Source: Blasia pusilla
Lineage: Eukaryota
Assembly (NCBI GenBank): GCA_050084515.1
Contig: CM114271.1
Coordinates: 31,248,001 to 31,312,000 of the forward strand
Length of the DNA: 64,000 nt
Direction of reading: 5' to 3'
Made by a program: the position numbers and the translations under genes. The notes beneath the pieces are model-generated. The model was given only the letters and a program-made list of their open reading frames with translations, had not been told where the DNA came from and searched no databases. Numbering within the stretch: position 1 is the stretch's first letter; each line of letters begins with the position of its first letter. Below are positions 14,250-25,687 of this stretch, piece after piece.

Positions 14250-15431
14250 GGAGATTGGTCAAGGCATCCTACGGAGACAATACGCACTTGGGGAGGCTCC
14301 AATCGATTATCATTTGGCGCCTTCTTGGCTATCTAGGGAATGCACAACCGGTTAATCAAGTCTTGGGACTCAATCTAAGTCTTCCGCTTGCAAAGCTCAA
14401 GGTTGAGAGTGCTTCCGGGTGAAGCTAGGTGAAATATAGGACGGACTCTACGATGTGTAGATATAAAGAGACCTTATCATTTTTGGACTTTGGTTTGGAC
14501 TTCCATTTTTCATGGAGATAAGATACATTTTCAAGTCTGGTATTAAATAATATAAATTCTAAAATGCTAAAATAATAATGCCCTACTGATTGCTAAATCT
14601 TTTCACACTCGAGCTTAACTACGTGAATGAGAATTTGGAAATTAAATAAATAGAGTTTCAAACAAAATTTTGAGACTAGTAAAATAAGATAAAAATATTA
14701 ATTATTCATAATAATAAAATTATCCATATCAACTTAACAACTTATGTCTCCTTAAGATATGGGGGAAAATAAATTTAATAAATATTTATTCCTTAAGTAT
14801 AAATAAATAAAAGGACTACATATATTTATTAAATAAATAAATTTAAATATGAAATGATAACCTTATACCTTACTCAAAACATATCTTTGATTTCATTTCC
14901 TTGAATTTGACTGATTTGGGCGTCGGCTGATTTTTTATATTATTGGATTTGGATTGAAAAAATTCCATTAAAGATAGTTTTCTATCTTTTCTTATTCAAG
15001 AAGATGATTTTGAGATAAAAAATCAATCAAAACTATGTAACCTTCCTACATTTTTCACCATATAGGACCATCTAAGAAAAAATTGAATTGCAAAATTCTT
15101 AACCATGGTGAAAATGATAGAAAAAATCACATTCAAAATAATAAGAAATCAGGTAATACTTCAAAAGCCTTCATCACAAAAGTTAGAGGGTGCTAATTTT
15201 AATTAAATTTCCACACAAAATCTAATAGTGCCAACTTTCATATTAATTTGATATCAAATTAATCATTTTGGATATTAATTTTTTATATCAATCAACTTTC
15301 AATGCAAATTTTAAGCACACAATTTTCTATGAAAAAATATTTAAAAAGTTAATGTGTGAGACCCATATTATATTCTAATTGATATCAAAATGACATAGCT
15401 CTAAGGTTTGTAATGTTCAAGGATAGAACCT

Positions 15432-15950
15432 TGTCATGTCTTTTAGGATAGATCGGTGAGATCTAGTAGAGCGTTTTTGTGAGTAGTGGAGGACAGGCTC
15501 AGTAGTTAGAGGATGACCTGCCAAGGCCCCGTGAAATTTGCGAGAGCAGGTTTCCCCTTCGTTTCGGCTCATTTGGAGCCTTATCGAGGAACTTACTATT
15601 TTAAGTAAGTACCATTTTGAGTATATGATCGACTTTCTATTTTTGTTAAGTGGCCCTTGACCTCCTACATGAGGTCAAGAGCCAAGGAGGTGACTTGGGA
15701 GCATAGGTTACCATGGAGAGAGAGCTTAGAAGAGGAAACGGTATACCTCAAGGAGAGAGAGCTTGAGAGCTAATTCTCTCTTTGTTGAACCTCTTGGTAT
15801 GAGGCGGCGGAGCTTTGGTCTTGCTTGTCTTATATGTGTAACCCAAGCCTCTCATTAGGAGAGTGGGTTTGGTTTCACATTGAGAGAGACATGTGAGAGT
15901 GCACACATGTGAGAACTATGGTGTTGTGAGAGAGATTGGATCTTATTTTA
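15432..15950 (+). repeat. Split direct repeat A1
   Basis: Colinear with 25041-25560 (roughly 90% by eye). Similarity stops abruptly after GGATCTTATTTTA. Confidence 0.93.
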
Positions 15951-17656
15951 CAAATAGAGAATGAGTGAGTGAGAGAGCTTCAAGGGGAGCTCATTGGTCA
16001 CTCGTTGGTTTGGCAGGTTGGGGATTGTATTCCCCCTTTAGCAGTTCATGGGAGTGCTCACTGGAGCAAGAGCCACTTACATGTGATGTTCCCTTTGCCG
16101 ATTTTTCGTGTGGAAGAGTGGCGTGCGGAAGCGCTGCCCAATTTTTTATAGGGATTGAGTATGGGAGCGGGTTGCCTCATGCCAGTGATCTTGGGAGCAC
16201 CATGTAGCTTGCTGATTTGTGATCTTACATGTTTTACATTTTCGTTGGGAGAAATCAGCGCGGAAGCGCAGCCAAATTTTGTGTAGGAGAAAGAGACATT
16301 GGGCTTTACAATAGTCCCCGTCAATTTTTACGAGAATGTCTGATTCCAAATATTTTTTGATGTTGTTCTAGATCGTGAAGCTGTATATGTTGTGCAACAA
16401 ATGGTGCGCAATTTGGAATTGCAAGCAAAAAGTTATGGTCAATCTTGCAAAACTAAACTGCCATTGCTAGGCAAGTTTCAGGGTTAAATTATTCAAACCC
16501 TGAACGAGTCGCCGCGCCGGCGGCGGCCATCGCCGTCATAGTCACCGTCAACGGTCGACTATCACCATCAATGGTCAACCGTCAAAGGTCCACTGTTGGC
16601 CGCCGCTGCCGCCTAGCGTTGCTCAGAGCCGCGTTCGTCTGTTGTCCACCCTTTGGTTGCCATTGCCGCCATTACGGAGTGGAGGGTCTTCCATGACCAC
16701 CGTTGATTCTCTGACTTACGCCGCCACCACGTACTTTGGTTTGGCCGCCACCGTCATCATAGTTTTGTCATCAACCAGTGATGGCAGGTGACCATGGGTT
16801 ATGGTGTTTGAGTTTTCATTTGATGTTGCTATGTTGGGATTGGTAGCCGCTCGACGATGATAAAGTACCGTGTCGTGACGCCCGTAGCCGCAATGCGTTG
16901 CCAATTGCCGCGTTGTGCCGCATGTGGCTACACCGCACCATCTTGATCGTGGAGCCGCTCCTTCACTAAGGTGCAGAGCATGTGAATTGCTGATTGAGGA
17001 GGGTATGTCGCTGAGTGCCGTGCCGTTTGTAGCCGTTCCATGCCGTCAGTGCCGCACGAGACCGCTGGACCTGCACCGCACATCGAGGAGGTTTGAGCAA
17101 CATCAGTATGAGAGGAGTAAGACTTGCTGATTGGAGGAGTTGTCTTCATGACTTAGTTGGGGACAAGATTTGCAGTTGCCGAGGAGCGATATCGACATTA
17201 TTGTCAGGTTACCCATTCTGGTCTCTTACCCTACACGTGTGAGGGATTTCCGGATATTGGGAAGTTACTTGGGATATTGGGTTCGTGCTGATGCTAGTAG
17301 CATCGATGATGTATGGGTTTAGGGGACATAGATGTGTGTGGGTTGTCCACAGTTGAGGATGGTTTGTCGATGAGACAATAGATGGGTTGATTTGCCACAC
17401 CATGCTGCTTGTTGCCGCACAACATACGTCTCAGTGAGAAAGTGTAGATTGAGTGCCGCATGTTTAGTTTGAGTGATTGAGGGATTACTCACGAGATTGA
17501 GAGTGATCATGTGAGAGGGGCACGAGGGCCATCACGGCGTCCTTTCGGGATTTTGAGAGGCGACGTAGTGGACCTAAGAGTAGCTCTAGAGGGTTTACCC
17601 GGAGTGGTGCGAGGTTTTGAGGGTCTCCACGTGAGAGACCACCTTGATCTCCTTCT

Positions 17657-18800
17657 GTGTCGTCTTTAGACAAGGGGGAGTATATAGAGGAGTCTGTTAG
17701 TGATCCACCATACACATTGAATGGTCCTACTAGTTGGGCGTACGAGATGGACGACCAGGGTAGAGGACCGCGTAGGTTTTCGGGTGCTGTAGGCACTATA
17801 GAGCTACAGGACTTCATTGCAGAGTTTAGGAGTTGGTGTGACTCACTACGGGCTAGGAACTCTAGAGAGTTCAACCCGTTTACAACATAGAACCGTATGT
17901 TCTAGCATTTAGAGGGGGCGCCCATGGACGATTACCATGAGTTCTCCCACAGATATGCCCAAGAGATTGAGGCATGGCGACTCTACTATGACCCACACTA
18001 TGTGTCATGGACGGAGCCATTGATAGATAAGGAGGAGGAGTCAGGAGAGACTACTTCCTCTTCCACTAGTGATGTTTTAGGAGGGGTCACTCGCATTGGA
18101 GTAGTTGCACCATCTAGTCGGGTTCGTCCCAGGTTCAACCTCGTGGTTGAGTTCTTTGTTGGGTTGAGGGCAAGCTACCAGGGGGTACGGATGGAGAAGT
18201 TGCGGAGCATCCACGACTTCCAAAGGCACCCGGGTAAGAGTTTGCGTAAGGCTTACACTTCCTTGCGCCGGTTGATCAATGTCACTCAGGGATGACGGAA
18301 GCTCAGGCTATCTAGTCATGGTATGCGATGTTGGACCGGACCCTGCGGACATGGGTGCGGGAGGGGTGCTTCTTATGAACACCTCCCTACTTTGAGAGAT
18401 GTTTTTAGGACCGCCAAGAACATTGAGCGCAACATGGCTGAGGAGAGCGTATCCACCATGGGTTCTAGGCGAGAGCATTCACAATTATCTATACCACATG
18501 TGCAACAACGTGGACTCCGAGATAGGTCGATTGTGGCACCACAAGCTCAAGGAGGATACCCAAGACCACATAGACCTGTACCTTCATATGCGGCTTAGCA
18601 GCAACCGCCTACTATTACTTGTTGCTCATGTGGTGGAGCCCATCATCAAAGCGATTGCATTCGTCAGGGTCATGGACGTGTTCCTCAACATGGAGAAGGA
18701 GATGGTGCTGCACCATAAGGTTATCAGTGTGACTATTGTCAGAGGTATGGTGATACAGCGCCAGGTGTTTCAGTTTACATCCTGAGTTATGTCTAGATCG
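17657..18800 (+). pseudogene. gag-like region with zinc knuckles
   Basis: Broken ORFs (IELQDFIAEFRSWCD..., LRSIHDFQRHPGKSLRKAY), followed by CSCGGAHHQSDC (~18620-18660) and a degenerate CDYCQRYG knuckle. Confidence 0.7.
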
Positions 18801-19679
18801 AGGGCTAGAGAAGGCACCAGAGTGAGTAGCCGGTCCAGGTGGGGCTAGAGGTTGTGCACCAAGTGGTCTCGTTGGGGGACGAGGAGCTAGAGTTTCCCGA
18901 CAGGGTGGTGGAGCTGCCCATGGAGGAGGTAGAGTCTCACCACTTAGACGCGTCAAGGGAGACGCCGGGCATGAGGCTGGGATGGCTGCTCTAATAGAGC
19001 AGCTACAGGAGCAGATTGCCGCTATGGCATTGAGGTTACCCGATGCCGGATCTGTGGCATCGACATCATATGGAGTAGCCAGAGACATGGAGGATCCTGG
19101 TTGGATGAGTGGGATTGCCCAAATGGAGGCCTCTGTAGTTGTGATGCGTGGAGCAGCCGCAGAGTGGGATCCACAACGAGGGAAAGCCAGGAAACAGACT
19201 AGGCTTCCTCAATCTTTCACATTTTCTGAGGCAATGAGGAACCCATCGATGGGTCCTAATCAGAGTTCTTGGAGAGTTGGTGATGTTATTGGTGTGCAGG
19301 CATGGAGGATGATGGGAGAAGCAAGTGCGACGACTCCTATTGCTGATGCTAAGGAGGGGCATGTGTCGAGCACGTTGTTGGGGGCGGCCACCGTTGTGTA
19401 TCGTGCTCCTTTACTTTCTGTTTCTGATGTTATGACGTTGGGAGTTACGCCCGCCAAGATTTTTTTGCTGGCCGCTACGCTATGTGAGCGTGGAGTTGAA
19501 ATTCTTGCATCACGTTCAGAGGTGATTACAGAGGAGGTGATTGACCTGCCCTTGGAGCGGATGCTTGGGCCGTCCACGTCAGATTCATGGCAGGCTGCGG
19601 CTGCTAGGATGGCGGAGATGCCCGCTAGACTCGTGATAGAGCATGCCAAAGTTTCTCCTGGTGTTGTATTGTTGGATAA

Positions 19680-20010
19680 CGAGGGAGAGTTCTTTGAGTT
19701 GGTGAGTCCTGGAGGTAGAGCTTTTAGTCCACAGCACGTCTTGTTGGATTCAAGAGCGCAACCCTTGATGTTGGGAAAAGTGTCATTCAGAGGATTGGGC
19801 TTGACGAGAGCTGATGTGGAGCGATGTCTATTCCAGATATAGACATCCTTGGGTGGAGGGAGCGTTTATCACCCGACAAGAGGTCGAGGTGAGGATTCGC
19901 CCCAGACATCCTACAGACAAGTCCGTGGTGCGAGCCAAGGCGATAGTGACTGATGTAGAGTCCTACGACGTCTTGGTTGGTGGAGCAGTGTTATACCTAA
20001 TGGGGTTTTT
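19680..20010 (+). pseudogene. Retroviral-type aspartic protease domain
   Basis: VLLDSRAQPLM (DSGA motif with a G-to-R change) at ~19740-19770, and C-terminal YDVLVG after a frameshift. Confidence 0.75.
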
Positions 20011-20449
20011 CCCTGGATTAATGGGAGAACTTAGCGTCCTACAGAACAGGATGGTAGTCAAGAGAGGGGCGCCTTAGCTCATTACCCATTCGATTCACAG
20101 GTGCAATGATCAAGCAACGACTAGGAGAGATGGCGAACTTAGCAGCATTTAGTAGTGCCATCATTTGGCCTAGTGATTTGATTGAGGGACATGTCCATAT
20201 AGAGGATACTCCCGTTCTTGACATTTCTATGGAGAGGAGTGTCATGGTAGCCCCATCAGTTCGTGGAGGAGAGGTGCCCCTCTGGGGCTTGACTGAGGAG
20301 CTTCGACGCTTAGCCATTGAGCATGTGCAGACCGCGTGGAGCAAGGCATTTGCACTAGAGTGTGATGGATCACAGGAACCCCATGTAGGCAACAGTGCTG
20401 CTATGACCCCTTTGGACACCACCCTGATTGTATGGTGCATCCCAGAGAA

Positions 20450-21416
20450 GGGTATTTGGATGTTGGATCTCTTTGGAGGGATCAACATTGGGTTAGCTTT
20501 TATTTTGCACGCTGGAGTGCGCGTGCAACAGTACCTGTATGTGGAGATTGATGATGTTACAAGGTGCGCTTCACTTCATCATGTGGCGCTGTGAAGCCTC
20601 CATTTTCCCGACTTCTTGTCTGCGTCCGACATTCAGTATTACCATAGTTCCCTACTGAGGGGCATTTCATTGTTGGGGGCGCAGGACTTGGAGCGGGTAG
20701 GGACCATAGACTTGGTCATTGCTGGTTGGCCGTGTCAGGGCCAATCGAGTGCTGGACGAGGTAGCGGGTTAGTTGACACTCGGTTCACGTTGTTTTGGGA
20801 GATGATGCGGATCTTGCAACATTTACAGGAGCATCAGCCTCGTTCTCCAACATATATTTTGGAGAATGTGCCAATTTTGGGCAATTCAAGGTCCCGCGTG
20901 GTGACAAGTGCACATTAGGTGCGCGCATGGATCGGCGTGGAATTATTGTTAGATGCGGTGAGTGTGGGTTCATGAACACATCGCTTGCATCTTTGATGGA
21001 CCAACTTGGTACCACACGAGGTGTTACGGAGGGCATTTGCGAGAGTGGAGCGCCCCTCTGATTTGTTGGTGGATTCTATATTGGATCCAGGCCGTTGATC
21101 ACAGGCAATGAGGCTAGATGATCGACCGTCGTTGACTATGGTCAACATGATTGGTAGGCCACATGCCGCCTTTCCCACATTGGTGAGTTTTCCCGCTTCC
21201 TATGCATTCAAGGAGGCCGAACCTGGCTTGGTTTGGGATGACCAAGTATAGAGGTTGGTGGAGCCCAACGCCGATGAGCGAGAGAGAGCGATGGGATTCC
21301 CCACAGGAGTGACGGCAGTACCATCACTATCAGAGGCATCACGACGTCATGTCATGGGTCAGGCGATGGACCTGAACTGCTTGACATGGATTTTCAGCTT
21401 AGGAGTAGCTGAGTAG
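20450..21416 (+). pseudogene. DNMT3-like C5 cytosine methyltransferase domain within pol
   Basis: One frame, no frameshift. Motif I LDLFGGI (20463); II YVEID; IV IAGWPCQ (Cys at 20733); VI ILENV (20862); VIII DAVSVGS*THRLHL*WTNL; IX-X ERERAMGFPTGVT...RRHVMGQAMDL. Same frame as the start of RT (21708). Confidence 0.93.
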
Positions 21417-21707
21417 CATCATTTGTTGATGCGATAGATCACAATTGTTGCGTTGGTGAGCCCCATGCCTACCGAGACGGTTGAGGCAGCGGCTGGGGGC
21501 GAGACCCGAGGAGATCGACACACCAGGGGTGATCGGGAGAGACACCCTTGGACTTCTTGGGATGTTTTGCACGTACGCCAAGAGATGATAGCCACATCAT
21601 GGAGTGTGGTTCCAAGTACTGCACATGGAGATGAGAGTTCTATTGTCTGAGACGGGATTGCACCATAGCAACCACCGACACTCGCGCCGGAGAGTCCTAT
21701 CGTAGTC

Positions 21708-23110
21708 ATGATGGAGACTTGGGAGCCAAATATGGGCCCTAAGTTGACAAGAAGAGAGCGGCGTCATATACACCAATTCCTTAGGAGTTATAGGAGTTGT
21801 TTTGCATTTAGTATGCATGATTTGGGTACGCTAAAGGGTCTAGGGATCCCCATTGAGTTTTCGAGTGGCACGCCGATCTTCCGACAACCCTACAAGTACA
21901 GTGACATGGAGAGGGCTCTGATTCAAAGTAGGAACCAAGACTAGCAGAGATGTTGCATGGAGAGTATGCATCTCCCATTTTCATGCCCGCCAAGAAGGAC
22001 ATGCATGGCAACTGGATGGATAGGCGAATGTGTGGAGATTACCGACCTATCAATCGGCAGATGAAGTCTGATAGGTATGCCATGCCCACCCCTAAGGAGA
22101 TCTTTGATACAATTGGGCATGCAAAGGTCTTCAGTTCATTGGATTTGCGAGGTGGATATCATCAACTGCCTATCAAATTGGAGGACAGGCAGAAGACGGC
22201 ATTTTGGGGCATCGATCCTCACGGGAAGGATTGTTTGTACCAGTGGCGGTTCTTACCATTTGGGTTAAAGAACCCCTTGGCTAAGTTTCAAAGGGTCATG
22301 GATAAGATCTTGGCAGGTCTAGATTTTGCTAAGCGTTATATTGATGACATCGTAGTCTTTAGCGCCACGTTTGAGGAGCATGAGCGACATCTAGAGGAGG
22401 TGTTTCGATGATTGCAGTTACATGGGCTGAAGCTACATCTAGGCAAGTGCAAGTTCTTCTACGATCAGATTGAGTACTTGGGTCATACGATATATCGTGG
22501 AGGCCTTGGTATGCAACAGAAAAAGGTAGAGGCTATTTCACGTATTCCACGCCCTATAGATGTGAGTCGAGTTCGTGCATTCATGGGATTGGCGAACTTC
22601 TATCGAAGGTACGTCAAGGATTTCAGTTCGGTTGCGAAACCGCTAACCTTGATGACCAAGTTGGATCAGGAGTGGCACTAGGGGCATGAGAAATAGAGAG
22701 CATTTTAGATGCTCAAGGACAGATTGATGTCCGCGCCCATATTGAGGAGACCGATCAAGGGGCTTTGAGCCGTGCTCACCCAGCATGACGATGATGGTAG
22801 AGAGTTCGTGGTGGCTTATGCTAGTCACTTGAACAACGCTGGAGAGGCAAAGTATAGCTCGTATGAGGGTGAGTGCTTGGCTACAATGTGGGTTGTCGCA
22901 CATTTCAGATATTATCTATTCGGCACTTCCTTTACCATCGTTACTGATCATCAGCCACTTAAGTGGTTGATGGAGTCCGACACGCTTACATGGAAGCTTG
23001 CAAGGTGGGCTCTTTTATTGCAGGAGTATGACTTCCAGGTGGTACATAGACCTGGGATGCTCAACCAAGATGCAGATGGTTTGAGCCATAACCCATGCCC
23101 GAGTCAGCGA
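21708..23110 (+). pseudogene. Reverse transcriptase and RNase H (Ty3/Gypsy type)
   Basis: RMCGDYRPIN, SSLDLRGGYHQ, FLPFGLKN, YIDDIVVFS; RNase H VVAYAS...YSSYEGECLA...TIVTDHQPLKWL...ADGLS. Confidence 0.95.
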
Positions 23111-23459
23111 GATGCGATTGGAGCTCGTTGGCATGGTGAGAGTGATGAGGAGAAGGTGCCAGGATGGCACGCATCAGCCTATTTGGGCTTGTTGGCTATG
23201 GAGAGCCAGATTATTGAGACTTCGATGGTGAGGTCTGATGGACAGTCCTTAGACCCAGAGGCCGGTGAGGAGACGACAGGTGGCCGAGACATTCATGACA
23301 ATGGAGTGGTCTTGGAGTACCTGCGTATCGGCAGCGTCGCGAGCACATTGGGTGCTAGAGAGCGGGATCGGATCCTACAACGCACCAGACGGTTCCGGTG
23401 GGAGGGCACACATGTGTTGCGAGTGTGGGAGGATGGTAGAGTGCGTGTAGTGCCTCATC

Positions 23460-24540
23460 CTTCGCAGAGAGCACGTTTGGTGTGTCATGCCCACGAGGAG
23501 TTGGGTCATTCTAGAGTAAAGCGGACATACATCTTGCTCTAGATTCAGTATTGGTGGCGAGGCATACAGACTAACGTTCAGCAGTTTGTTGCCAGATGCA
23601 TGGTGTGTGATCGAGTCCAAGCATCGTTCAATGCTCCAACTCCACAGTTGCATCCACTTCCAATGATGGGTTTAGGTTATAGATGGAGTTTGGATTTTGC
23701 AGGACCTTTGCCTTTCACAGAGCGCCATAGTCGTTATGTGTTGGTGATGGTCGAGCAGTTCTCCAAGTGGATAGAGTTGGTTGCATTTCCTGACAAAGCA
23801 AGTGAGGGAGTAGCGTATGCCTTCCTAGATGGAGTGTTGAGTCATTATGATGCACCAGCTGAGGTGTTGACAGACCAGGTTACAGAGTTCTGTGGGGAGT
23901 TTCAATCCTTGTGTGATCAGGCACTAATCGACCACCACACTAGTTTGCAAGATCATCCTAAGGCGGACGGACTAGCGGAGGGAGTTGTGCAGACGGTGAA
24001 GAGAGGACTACGCAAGTATGGATTGCAGAGAGGTCACCTAGGAGATTGGGACCTTCAGTTTTCGTGGTTGGCGATGGGATACAGATTCAGCAGGTAGGCA
24101 TCCTTAGCGTCTTTCTCACCGTACTTGTTGCTTTATGGCCGAGAGCCAGATTTACCTGTGGCCATTTGTCGAGATGTTGGTGAGGTGTTGAACCTTGATG
24201 ACCCTGATGTATGGATGCGAGCATGTTCTCAGAGGGCTGAGTTGTTTCGGAGAGTGATGGCCATGGCATTTGAGAACTTGGCGAGTGGGCAACATCGGGA
24301 TAAGTTGAAGTATGCGACTATTCGCAGAGGTGGTTATCGACCTACTATCCGGAGGTTTCATCAAGGAGACTATGTCTACTTGCAGCAGACGGCACCCACG
24401 ACATTGGATGTGACTGCAGGGCGCACCATCTTGAGAGTGCGTGAGGTTTTGCCATCCAATGTTCTCTAATTGGAGAGACGCGATGGTATGATTTGGAAGG
24501 ACCATGTGCTTAATTGTGCGCCATGTCATCTTCCGAACAT
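23460..24540 (+). pseudogene. DDE integrase
   Basis: HHCC finger (AHEELGH...CMVC); core RWSLDFAGP...VLTDQVTEF...ADGLAEGVVQTVK. Confidence 0.93.
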
Positions 24541-24589
24541 TGATGGTATAGTTGATCCGAGCTTAGCAATAGTTCCTACAGGCTTGTAG

Positions 24590-24730
24590 TGTATGTTGTG
24601 TGGTTCCGCCCGTGGTGCAGCCATTATGCTAGTCTGTGATGAATGTCCGAGAGGATAGCATATGGCATGTTTGACACCACCTCTCACTAGGGTTCCTGAG
24701 GGACGATGGATGTGTCCCAGATGTGCATAG
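24590..24730 (+). pseudogene. PHD finger at the integrase C-terminus
   Basis: CMLCGSARGAAIMLVCDECPRG*HMACLTPPLTRVPEGRWMCPRCA* fits the canonical C4HC3 pattern; a homologous finger is in the second copy at ~58460-58603. Confidence 0.9.
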
Positions 24731-24911
24731 AGTAGGTAGTTCTACATTCCGACTTGTGTCTGTGACATGGATGATAAGAAGGCGACCAACGATGGGGCCA
24801 CATGAGCACCCGGCCTTCTTGCTCTTAGCGTCCGAGAGATGTATGTCATGGTAGGTAGGGATAGATAGCTATCTGGAGTTAGAGGGACCTAACCACCAAC
24901 TAGCGAGGCAA

Positions 24912-25038
24912 TTGGAGATATTTTGGTACTTCTTGTCTCGTTGTTTGGATGCCATGAGTTAGCATGGGATCGTGCGTGTTTGTGTGTGTGTTCGGTGACA
25001 GCGATATATGTTGTGTAGCGATGTGTATGCGCACTACA
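24912..25038 (+). repeat. Split direct repeat B1
   Basis: 127 bp colinear with the terminal 25561-25687; ends in ...GCACTACA, 2 nt (GT) before A2. Confidence 0.93.
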
Positions 25039-25040
25039 GT

Positions 25041-25560
25041 TGTCACGTCTTTTAGAATAGATCGGTGAGATCTAGTAGAGCGCCTTCATGAGTAGTGGAG
25101 GACGAGCTTAGTAGGTCAAGGACGACCTGTTGAGGCCCCGGGAAACCTGATAGAGCAGGTTTTCCCTTCGTTTCGGCTCATTTGGAGCCTTATCGAGGAA
25201 CTTACTATTTTAGGTAAGTACCATTTTGAGTATATGATTAACTTTATATTTTTGGTAAGTGACCCTTGACCTCCTACATTAGGTCAAGAGCCACGGAGAT
25301 GACTTGGGAACATAGGTTACCATGGAGAGAGAGCTTGGAAGAGGGGAGGGATATACCTCAAAGAGAGAGAGCTCGAGAGCTCATTCTCTATTTGTTGAAC
25401 CTCTTGGCATTAGGCGGCGGAGCTAAGGTCTTGCTTGCCTTGTGTGTGTAACCCAAGCCTCTCATTAGGAGAGTGGGTTTGGTTTGACATTGAGATAGAT
25501 ATGTGAGAGTGCACACATGTGAGAACTATGGTGTTGTGAGAGAGATTGGATCTTATTTTA
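25041..25560 (+). repeat. Split direct repeat A2
   Basis: Starts TGTCACGTCTTTTAG; copy of 15432-15950. Confidence 0.93.
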
Positions 25561-25687
25561 TTGGAGATGTTTTGGTACTTCTTGTCTTGTTGTTTGGATG
25601 CCATGAGTTAGCATGGGATCGTGCTTGTTTGTGTGTGTGTTGGATGACAACGATATATATTGTGTAGCGATGTGTATGCGCATGACA
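25561..25687 (+). repeat. Split direct repeat B2 (right terminus)
   Basis: Copy of 24912-25038, ending in CATGACA and followed by the TSD ACCT. Confidence 0.93.

Larger units (their letters stand above)
15432..25687 (+). mobile_element. Ty3/Gypsy-type retroelement carrying a DNMT3-like methyltransferase and a PHD finger, with split direct repeats (A1-ORFs-B1-A2-B2)
   Basis: Termini TGTCATG...CATGACA (7-bp inverted); 4-bp TSD ACCT (15428-15431, 25688-25691); domain order gag-PR-DNMT-RT-RH-IN-PHD; many in-frame stops and a few frameshifts. Confidence 0.92.

Noticed and set aside
11950-14460. Another solo LTR around the MITEs
   Set aside because: No matching TG...CA termini with a TSD could be established.
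20450-21416. Host DNMT3/DRM gene or bacterial restriction-modification methylase
   Set aside because: Intronless, in frame within pol between protease and RT, inside TSD-flanked termini, and present in a second element copy.
15432-25687. DIRS/PAT/Ngaro tyrosine-recombinase element
   Set aside because: Repeat layout fits, but the coding region has a protease and DDE integrase, there is a TSD, and no tyrosine-recombinase motifs were seen.
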